Assembly: GCA_904063045.1 (NCBI GenBank)
Contig: CAJFCJ010000004.1
Coordinates: 1,109,713-1,173,712 of the forward strand
Direction of reading: 5' to 3'
DNA length: 64,000 nt
Source: Dimorphilus gyrociliatus
Taxonomy: Eukaryota; Animalia; Annelida
A program made the translations under genes and the position numbers. This document shows, piece after piece, positions 1-11,600 of this stretch. How positions within the stretch are numbered: position 1 is the stretch's first letter; each line of letters opens with the position of its first letter. The notes beneath the pieces are model-generated. The model was given only the letters and a program-made list of their open reading frames with translations. It searched no databases and had not been told where the DNA came from.

Positions 1-3000
1 TCTAAACGTCCCAAACTTAATCCATTTCCATTGACTCCTTTTATAATATTTGAAGATTGTTGTGTCCACCACCAGCCTCTTTCATCAGACAGATCACCTA
101 GACTATCCAGATCTTCATAGGATTCTCTGATAGATTGAAATATTATTGATCTATCAGTTTCATCAAAAACATAATTTTCCGATATATATAGATCATCTAT
201 TGCTAAAAAAGTTCCATCATACTGTCTTCCGACTACTAAACAATGATTTACATCACAGAAGGAAGGTCTACCATGAATTGACAAGGGATTTTGAGTAAGT
301 ACAAGTTGTGTGCCATTATACTTTACAACATCAATATTATTAATATAAAGAGACAACCCTTTTACTGAATGCCATGTGAACATAACATTAAGCCAATTAC
401 GTATTACAAATGTCTCGCTTGTTGTTCTCCAAACTGTGTCCTTAGTAACTACTTCTACAGTCAATTTATATTGATCGTAAACAACGTAATAGCCAACCTC
501 TGTTGTATTTGACATCAGCAATAGAGCATAATTTGTATTTGATGAAGGACGAAACCAGAATGATACAGATAGGCCCAGTTCACACTCCAAAATATTTGCA
601 AAGCATCTTGTTAAGTGATGCTTATTTGTGTACAATTGAAAACTATGATAATCTATGAGTTTTGCTGCTTTTCGCTCTCCATCGGCAAATGGGATTAGCT
701 TTGAAGTACTGTAAGAAGCTTTATATTGTCCATCAGAAGGAAATTTGCCGATATCTAGTTCGTCAAAACTAAACAAAATTCCAATTCTTTCATGTTCAAG
801 ACATTCGACACCGTCAATATTCCATTGAAAATTTCCACTACTAGTTGGTTCACTTATTAGAACCGTAGCAATTGGTAGAAACATTCCAGAATTATAAGTC
901 AAAAATCTCTCCCCTTCGTATGATATGTAGCCTTCATCAATACTTGAATCGCTAATACCATTGCAATTACAAGTTTCAGTATCATTACAACTATTGTCAT
1001 TTTTGCACGGACAAGTCATTGCAACATCAGCTCCAGGGAATGTTTTTGTTTTTACACTGAAAAGTCCTCCGAATTCCGTAACAGATCCACCTCCAAAAAG
1101 TTTATACTTATTTTCACACTTGAATGTAAACTTTTGACGGCATGAAGACGATCTACTCGATATGTTAGTAAGTATTTCCTGATCATAAGCCAAACTATCG
1201 GCCAAGGAAAATTCTTTACTCCCAGAAGTAAACCAAGTGCCTTCATCCTTCATAGGTATATGCTTATAAGTTGACTTTTTAGATGAATTTGTAAATTTAC
1301 AACGCATCATATAGGAATCTACTCTTAATGGATAATCGTCATCAAAATAAGCAGAATTCTCGTATTCCGAGCATGTTTTCATATCTAATTAAAAGAAATA
1401 AAATCTAACATTAGCTTTAAATAATATTATTTTTAATGTATTAATAAATTACCATAAAAATCGTATAATCCTATATCATCAATTATTCTATAGTGCTTCG
1501 TTGAAGTCATTAAATAGTATAAATCGTCAAATTCTCCTTTTCCTCTATTTGATATAGTAAATGGAGCTCCAGTCAATCTTCCTCCAACAACTATATATCC
1601 GTCAGTAGCTGAGCTTTCAATAAAATCTGAGGTTTTCCAACAAGTATAATTTAGCTCTGTATTATGTAAATAAAATCTAGCTCTTATAATGAGCCCTGCA
1701 TGATTTGAGACATTATATCGAAGTTGGATAAATTGCCAACTATGCATTTTTATTATTGTCCATGAAGCGCACGTTTTATTTTGACCATTAATTGTTATTG
1801 TCATATTATCATTCACGTTTGAAACTTCTATATGTGTTTGCTGCATATCACCAACCCAAAAATGGGTTCCTGCAGTTGACGATATTTTAAGCCAGAATGT
1901 CCATAAAAAATTCATCCCTAAACAATATCTTGGACTGGTCAGACAATTTTTAAAAAACTTTTGAGAGATTGCATAGCCAGTTTCATAATTAATGTGATTC
2001 CTAAAGTACAGTGATCCGAATTCTAAGCTGGCACCTTCTTCCAATTTAAAATAAACTCTAAGGTCTTTAGATAGACTTAATCCCCACTTTCCCCTGTCAC
2101 CAACTGTATAGCCATTTACAACAGATTCGAAACTAGATGTTCCTGAAGCAAATAGATTCTTCGTCTCTATTCCTTCATATAATTGAAGTGATAAAATTTT
2201 TTTATACTGATTAGAGATTATAAAATTGAATATCATAAATGTTTTAAAGCATTTGTTTTGATCGAAATCGCATCCTACATAATATTTAGGCATTTTATAA
2301 CGATTTTCAAGCAATCGACCTTTACATTCAGTTATTGTTCCAACTTCTTCAGAATTTATAAAAACGGTTAAGCCTGCAAAAGGTTTATACAAATAGTGAA
2401 GGTAAAACCATTGACTGTTTGGAAAATATCCTTCATATTCATATAAACATGTAAAAGTGGCGATTGAAATGACCAATTTTCCATTTCTAACAAAAATCGA
2501 TTGCCCATAATAATTGGGATGATTACCACCATTATCAAAGATATATCCTTCCTGAGAATCATTCGGTACTCCTGCTATGTACAGCCATAATTGAATAGTT
2601 ATTCCTGATATGCATTCCTCTATATCTTTCAGGCATTTATGCGGGGGTACATTTTCTTCTAAATAGTATCTCCCATCAAATATGTGTGCATTTGCTATAT
2701 CTTTTAGAATGGTAACCGCAGGTCCACTTGCTTTACTCTGTAGAGGCAATGGTTCGCTTATGTCACTTACATTAAAATACTTGGCACCCGGAAGGCCCAT
2801 TTGCCAACTTGATACAGTTTCTATAAATTACAGCTATTTTGTTCAAATGAACATTTTACATTAATCTAAGCTTACCTATTTTGTGTATAGCTTGATAAAT
2901 GTCCAATTTATAGGAAAGAAAGTAAAGTTCATCAATCCCAAGGGCTATCGAAGGCGAGTTACTTCCTGTTTATTATCAGAGATTTTTGATTATTATTAAA

Positions 3001-4893
3001 TGAAATGTGTAATAGGAATGATGTTTTTTACCAAGGATTAAGGGAGCTGAGAAATTGACTGAATACGGTGAAGGAAGATTTCCAATGGAACCTTCGGTGG
3101 CCAAAAATTCAAACTGATCACTTACAGAACTGTCACTCTCAGAAATTTTAATAGTTTTCTGTGTAAAAAGATAATAATCTGGAGTGTTTAGGTAATATCT
3201 TTTAAGTAAAATTTACTATAAATCCATTTATAATAGGGTCATAAATAAACAGTATATGATACCATTCATCTAAGAGTAATTTCGGACTCTGATATGTCAG
3301 AGTTCTGTGTTTCATATTTATTATCAGATTTAACAGAATAGTTGATTTCATTTGTTCCAAATATAAATAAAAGCCTGAAAAGACACTACATTTTAGATTA
3401 AATTAATAATACTATTGCTAAAATTGCCTTCATGCTGGATGCCTACATCCACATTTCCTATTACATACACTCTTTCTGAAGCATTAAATTCAACAAGCTT
3501 CAACCAGAAATCTAGTGTGAAACCATTGGGACACCAATGAGCTCCAGCAGCATTTTGATTTAAACATGTTGGATATGAACCCAAACTAAAAGAAGTGCCA
3601 TTTAATAATAAACCACCGTCTTTCCTTCCAGCAAATATTGACAATTTTTGTGGATTAGATAGTTTTATAGGTTTAGAGCCAGAAAATATGCTGTTTTCGT
3701 TTATTTCATCAAAATTGAAGAAAAATTTATCAGTATGGGTTTTAGAGAGTTCGTCTATAAAAGATTGGAGTATTTATTAATGTCTTTACGATTTTAATGC
3801 AAAAGATAAAATAGAAAGAACTCTTTATCGAAATTATAAGATACTCTGATGATTATAATGTTAATTTATTAATGTTTTTCGTATCTAACGGATCAGCAAA
3901 ACTAATCAATATACATTTCTTGAATAACGAAAAACTTTTTAAACCTTTTCTTTTCAATGAATGAATTGTAAAAGATGGAGCATCTATTATCTTTGAACAC
4001 AAATACACTGTGAAAAGCAATATTCCTCATTCATTTCTGATATTGAGCTGATCGGTTTAAACAAATAATCCGTAAGAAACCGTACAACAGGATAATATAA
4101 ATACACTTTCTTTTTTATAATAATGTCCTTGTTTGCTACTGCTTGTAGTTTTCATCAATAATAATATAGAGTTATACTATTTCATGAAACTAAACTAGAA
4201 AAGATATTATAAAACTAACTTACCGTAAATTTTCTCAACATTGTAGGTACTGTAAACCCGGTCACCTATTCTTAATTCATCAACAAGAATGGATCCACTA
4301 TCAAGATATTTTACGATTTTTAATGCTGAACCAGGGCTTGTAATGGTTTCATTCACGTAATTACTTGAAAAAGAAACAACTTCTTTATCAAGCCAAACAA
4401 TTATTCCTTGAGATTTTATATTATACGATACAGCAATATGGCACCAATTATGTAAGCATGATGATAACGTTGTCATTATTCCATAATATTTTCTTTCTCC
4501 TGTATTCAAGTGCACATATAAGGTACTGTTGCTTCCGTAATATCTCATTTCAATGCCTCTAGAATCTGACTCGATTGTAGATATTAATTCAACTGCTGCA
4601 GTGGAACTTGTTTGAATGTTCAGCCATACCGAAATAGATATACCATATTGACAATTAATGGGACTTTTTGGGCACTCTGTTGCCTCTGCCCAATTAGCCA
4701 CTATCACATCAGAAGAGGGGGTCACTTCAAGGCATTTTTCTTTAACTCCATTTAAATAAGATAAACCAGTTGTTGAAGCAATATATAAACTGTCGAATGC
4801 AGGATCATTATCAAGAGCCCAGAACCAAGATTTAGCACTGGTATATGATAATGAGGATAGGAAATATAGCAAAAACAACATGGCAAATTTCAT
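1..4893 (-). CDS. Polycystin-1-like gene copy A, 5' part only (signal peptide, LamG-like domains 1-5, start of domain 6, fibrinogen-like insert); continues beyond the left edge
   Basis: Hand-spliced, frame-consistent exons: 4893-4224, 3754-3428, 3374-3217, 3158-3032, 2965-2876, 2820-1453, 1384-<1. The last exon (MKTCSEYENSAYF...GLSLGRL) is open to base 1 but is absent from the ORF track. The N-terminus MKFAMLFLLYFLSSLSYTSAKSWFWALD parallels copies B and C, and the exons are colinear with theirs. The PKD/TM part is not visible, so the family call rests on paralogy. Confidence 0.85.
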
Positions 4894-5654
4894 CTTTTCC
4901 CACGGTTTTAAATTAAAACTAGAAAATCTTTCGAGAACAATCGGGCTTATAAATCATCAAGTATCTAATGAATTTTTAATCCGTTATTATCATAATTGAT
5001 GACGGATTTCTTAAGATCAATTCATCGGGCCTCAATCCTAGCAGCTTTCTGAGAGAAAGAAAAATAACTGAGAGGATATTAATTCATCTACTGCAAAATT
5101 TCCTGGACAAATATTCATTCAATAAAGTTACATTTTGCTATTCTTAAGTTACACCTAAAAATTTTAATTATTTCACTTAAAAACTTCTTATTTTCCTAAA
5201 AAATAGAAGTATCATTCAATTGGTTCAAGGAAAATGGAAATCTATAACTAAATATAATAATATATATAATAAATACTCTAGTTTCCAGCCTATAACTGAG
5301 GTAAGATATCGACCTACATATTATCAGATTAAATTAATTTCCCCCATTTACATATGAATAAATTTCGTTAAAAGTAGTATTTAATGCCATAAATTATAAT
5401 TTATTTAAATTGACACTCTGGGATTAATAAACATATTTCAAATTCATAATAACTAACATTTATCTTTTTTTCTTCGAAGAAAGCATTTAAAGAGAATGAA
5501 CTTCTGATATTATCAATATATAGAAGTTTTATGCTTTTTAACAAAGACTTGTAGTTATATATAATTTTCTGTTTTATATTCCGTATTGGTTCAATCAATT
5601 TTTAGATTAGCCCAATATTTGTATCAATGAATAAATAATGCTCCAAGAAAAAGA

Positions 5655-8600
5655 TTAATATATTGTTATTTTTCTTCCTTTTTTCTCATTGAATCCAAAA
5701 TATTCTTTAAAATCTAACAAACAACTTTGTATCTTCTTATCCAAATACTCTAAAACATAAAAATCACTTTTTATGTTAGATTTCTTTGCTCTGCCTCTTG
5801 CTTCATTCAGAATACTTATCAAGATATTCAGGCTTAAAACCGGTATGCATAAGACAAAAGTAACGAAAAACATGTGCCTGTAAGGAACTCTTGCTTTTTC
5901 CAAGTCTCTCATAAGTGGTGAGTTTAGAGACGATATGCAAAGAGTATACACTGATGACAACATCGTTGAAAATGATGACAAGTGTGTAACGTAAAGTAAG
6001 TAGCTCATATGAGCATGAGCTAAAAGGAAAAAGAGAAATACAAAGAATAAGGATTTAAGAGAACTTGATGCATTATTAATAGTTTTTATAAGCAATAGAA
6101 TAGTTTTATGATATTGTAGGACATACAACATTTTCAAGCATGATATTCCACTTACGAATGCCACGATGTAAGTATATGACTCATCTATGACTATAAGGTG
6201 CTGCATTTCCACAAACTTATCTTTAAGACCTATTTTCACTTTGTTGCGTAAAACAGTTTTAGCTAAAAACAGTCCAATGGTACATAGAGACAAAATCACA
6301 TTTATGAATGAAACTTTGTTCCATAAACTCTTGAAATATGCAAGTCGTTCTTTCCGCATATGTTTAACTACTTTGTAGAATTCGTAGAAAACGAAAAATA
6401 TAAATAAGATCTGACAAACCAAAACAGTAATTCCGTAGTTTGAATGATACGGATATAAATCTATCACTGCAATTCGATTCCATTTCGTAATTGCAACGTC
6501 CATTCCCTGTTCAACAACAATTGTTAAACTGATAAACAAATTGGAATCAGCGTTATATAGAGTTGATTCTATTATAATAGCTCTCGTTTTGGCATCTAAC
6601 CAGTCTTTAGGCGGTAGAATCGGTGTTGAATGTTCAAATATATAGCCCCCAGTCGGATATATATGTCGTTGTGCAACAATAGGATAAGATAACGGATTCT
6701 GGTAGGACCATTCGTTTTTAACAGTATCAGGGCTGTGACTTGAGAATGATTTGTTATAATTTTTCTTATCGATATTATTGGAGGAAAGATCATAGGAACA
6801 GTCTTTAATAACATCTTGTAGTTGTTTACAAGACTGTGAGACAACTCTAATTTGTCGCCAACGAATTGAACCAACTCTAATCCAACTTTGTTCGAATGCT
6901 CTAATCTTTTGTTCCTTCCAATGAAGTTTTTCGCCATTGTAATATTCCGTATCAAACATTGATGGGTTAAAATAAGTTGCTGTCCAGTTGTATAAGTCAT
7001 GTAATTCAGTAACTTTATCAAGATGATTTATAAAGCCATTTCGAATAGTTTGAGCAGCATGATAGCTCTTCAAGGGAACTTGTTTATAACCAATTACCAA
7101 TACTAATATGATATAAATACATGTTGTTACAATTCTTAATAACACTTTTTCTGTTTTAGAATTTTTAACGTTTTCCAGATGACTTTTAACCATATCATTG
7201 AGATTAGGTTTTGGAATATTTTCAATTGAACTCTCCACTAAAAGATTAACATTTTTTAATTATAAAGTAATTTACATAAAATAATAATAATAAACATAAA
7301 ATATACCTCTTATTCGCAGAAAATACTGGCAAATCTTTGTTGCTTTATTCACTGTTTCGACATGTTGTAAAAACTCTTCATCATCAAGATCAAAGTCAGA
7401 TTTTTTGAATAAGATCGATAGAATAAGAGCTATCACAATGACCTAAATGTGTATTATTTTAGTAGATATTACTATACCTATACTTTTTGTAATTGATTAA
7501 TTACAAACCTTAAAAGGTTGGATAACTATTACTGATTGAGTGAAGCTGATAAGCATGGATGTGAGCCATTGCTCTGATTTTGTTTTACCCCATTCTAAAG
7601 AATATAAAAGTACAAAAAAGAAGGAAAGAAATACTGTTATTGCCACTAATATCCATGAAACATAGATAAATATGGGTGGTAATGAAAATGACTTCAGCTT
7701 AATCATATAATCTCTCCTGGTCTTTTTAAACAAAGTCATAACTAAAAAGTTTATTGGAACGACCACAAGTGCCGATATTGTACCAATCCACAATTGTTGT
7801 ACGGAAAATATTAATGGTCCTAGCTTATATGTCAGATCACTTTCGGCATTTCCTGCTTGATAGAACATTGCTGAAGCAATCATGGATGCTGCAATCATAC
7901 ATAAGCAGCATCCAGCTCTTTGCACTCGAGTGAAATGGCTTCGAGTAGGTCTGGACACTACACTTAACCATAAGTGATCGTCAGTAAACTTATTCCTTAA
8001 CCACATTGGCCATAATCTTTTAAAAGAAGTAATATCTTTATTTTCCGATACGTTAACGTGAGCAGAAGGAGAGAGTTTTGATAGCAACGAATGGGCATAG
8101 AAGTAATATTTTTTCATTGTAGAGACATCTACTAAGATAATTTCTTCTAAAAACCAAGACGGTGATTTAGTTTTAATTGTCGGATTTATCCAAATTCGAA
8201 GGTTCTTTGGTTCTCCCAAACTCTTTTGCGTCGTCATATGATAATGAGATATACTCGATCTCTTTAGCTCATCTCGATATCCATCATATAAAGTTCGTAT
8301 ATTTGACGACGACTCTTCTCCTTCAATCATGAATTTTATCTGACTATCCGTTCCTGCATTTCGGCCATATCCCGTTCTAACAATTAGAGCGTAATGGTGA
8401 CGATCTAGTGCAGAATTATCCAAAAGACTTCTCATTTTCCACATTTCTTCATCTTTTTTATCAGCTCTTCTCAAAATTAGTAGAGAACACCAGAAGAGTA
8501 CCAGCATACAAATAATCAAAACCAAGACGGCTATATTGTCGCCAATTCGTTTCAATTTTCCGAATGCCGAACTAAAATCTATAGGATTCGGAGCGACGAG

Positions 8601-11600
8601 AACATTCGATCCGAAGAAAGTGAGATGGTTGCATTGGCAAGTGATGACATCCTTCTTTTGAACATCGGCCACCTATCGAGACGATGATTTCATTTAATTA
8701 GATTACTCGACTGTCCCTGAAGAGAACACTAAATAAAGAACTTACAGAGCAGTTATCCTTTTGCCATAAATTTTCACTTTCAGCCCAAAACAGACAGGAA
8801 ATTTTCTCCATAAATACTGAATAGTGAATTAAATCCGACTCTGCAAATGGTTGAATGAATCAATTCATTACAAATTCATCGTTGGGAGTTGTCAATCAAC
8901 AATAAATGTGTGACTTACCGAGTTTCATTCCAATGTATACAGTTCCATTTTGAGAAACTGGAATGATTCGTTCAAAATAATTTACTGCCGATGCAGTAGA
9001 GTATACAAGATATTGTTCATTCTCAGTTGGATTCTCATTCAAACGAACGTAAATTCGAAATTTTTCTCTTTTTTTCATCTTTAATTTCATAAATATGGCA
9101 GAAGTAGGCCAATCGTATGTTATATTGTGAATGATCATGGAAGATTTCCTCTCGGATAGATCGGGAATGAAAACATTTAGATATTGAGTTTTACGATTGT
9201 CCATTTTGAGTTCAAGTTTAATATCTTCTTTAAGATTACTGATATGAATCGGTCGGAAAAAGTTATCAAAAAGCTTAACAGAGAGGGTATGAGAGTTAAT
9301 AAGATTTTTCGATTGAGTTCCCCAGATTATGGGATTGAATTTAGATGATACTGACTTTTAAAGAAAAATTAATAGTTTAATATTTTGTTTGTCTCATTCA
9401 TGTATTTACCTGTATAGCTATTTCTTTTCCTTGATATGATTTTAATAGTTCGGAAGAAAGGGATGGAAAAGATATTGTGTTCTTTTTTTTATTATATTCA
9501 TATTTATTGTTGAATATGCTAGTTTTTTCTAGTTTTTGCACTTTGAGCAGCCAATTTTCATCACCCAACGTTACAGGCTCCTCACCTGTTACTTGAAATT
9601 GCATCAATTTTCTTGTTATAGAATCACTGATTGATTCAGCTCTCGTTATAACTTCTTTAGCCTAATCAATATCGAATGATGTGAATAATCAGAAACTATG
9701 TACTTTTAATGTATACATACTAAAGACTTGTCAATTTTATCAATATCCTCTTGCGATTTGGTAATATTTTCAAGATATTCCTCCCTCTGTTCCGGGGGTA
9801 AATCAGGAATTTTTAATGTTGGAGGAGTCGAAGGTTGACTTTTTGCTATAATACTTGTTAAAGTCTTCATTATTGCTAAGGAATAGGGAAGAATATTTTT
9901 AGTTAATTAAACTCTTGTTTATCTATTTCAGTACCTGTTGATGTACTGAAAACAGCATCAGGCGATTCGGTCAAAAGAAAGAATTTACTGGCTATATTCT
10001 GTAATATTTTGATTCCTTCCACCTATTATAAAGTATTTTTAGTTATTTTCAATATTAAGACATAAAAGGTAAGTTTAGTTTACTTTTGTTTCAAACAAGT
10101 AATAGATATCCTTTGATTCAAAAATAGCTGCCAAGGTAAACGAGGCTTGCTGAATGTCTAATTCGGTTGTAAGTAAAGGATTTATTTTTGAGAAGATTTT
10201 AACTAATTCATGTCGAATTTGTCGCTGTTCTTCCACAGTAAATTCTGTGGAAGAAGAGCAAGAGAATTTGGCGTTTAGAAGGGAGGCAACCGATGTTTCT
10301 AGTCTCAAAGCTCCATTATGATTGTTAGATTGTAATAGTCTATTCATTTCTCCATTTGGATTTAGAAGACTATTTAGAATTTCCTTCGCTCCAGCTGTGT
10401 AAGGTTGAACATGAGCTGTTAAAAACACAGTTTCTTTTGCCCCAATCATATCGATTATTTCAACTTTAATTTTTAAATTAGGATTGACTGGTAAATGCAT
10501 GGCTGGTGTTTTCGAATTAACGGACGAATGTAATAGGTTCCATTCTGAATTTGTCTCATAATAGATGCTAAAAGTCATTGGTCGATAAAAGTATAGATCT
10601 TCGGACGGGCTTCTTTTCAAATTCAAATCTTCATCGGACCAATCAGAGCAAATAATTTGAAATTTTGTCAATAAAGAAATACCTATAAAATACAGAAGAA
10701 ATGAATTACTTATAGTATAAATAGTCTTATAAGCAGTATTTACCTTGGTTAGGTTCAATAACGCATTTTCCGTTATATGGAGGATAATTAACAATAAATT
10801 TCTTCTCTATAAAACCAACGATATTTCCAGATCTCCATACAGATTTAAATAAATATTCTTTACCAGATTCGAAAAAATGTTCTTTAAATGCCAAATGTTC
10901 TAGTTTATGACCTATAGAAAATTAACATATCTATAAACTAATTACAGACAAAGCTTTAAATAGATCTTACTTGTTGTTATATTCTGACTGATGTCAATTT
11001 CCTTAGAATTACTATCATAAACAGTCCACGTTTTATCCCAAATTAAATTATCCTGACAATTGGCACATTTTGCTAATAGAGTGAATTTCTGCGATGGATT
11101 TATTTTTTTATTACAATTTATTAAACAAACAATATCCAACTCAGGTACAATGCCAGAATTGTCAATAGTATAAAGCTGTTGTAATTTAGTGATGATTGAG
11201 TCTCCTTGAACAGCTTCAACTTTTACAGAGAATGACCCTGTTTCAGTTACTTTCATTTCATAGCATCCAAAACCACAAGTAGAACGTTTTCTTCTTATTG
11301 GATTTTTATGTCGAAATAGAATTTTCCATTCGGTACTTTTTGAACCTTTCGTACTAAATATAAATTCATCAATTTGACCTCCATCTTCATCTTCAGAGTT
11401 CGAAGCATCTATTTTTAGTTTCTCATTAAATTTTACAGATCTAGCATTTCCTCCTTTAATATTTAACTCTAATGGAGTTTTTAGAATCTCAATGTATCTC
11501 AGTTCGGTAATAGTCATCTGATATTCGATAATGGTAGCGGTAAAATTTACTGTATGTAAACCATAATCTAATGCTCTTTTAGGAATACTAAACCAAGGCT

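Noticed and set aside
6596-7021. 141-aa alternative-frame ORF inside the TOP exon, repeated at 24567-24992, as a dual-coding explanation for the high identity
   Set aside because: It covers only 426 of the 715 conserved bases, opens on TTG and has no recognisable features. Its presence in both copies follows from the conversion itself.
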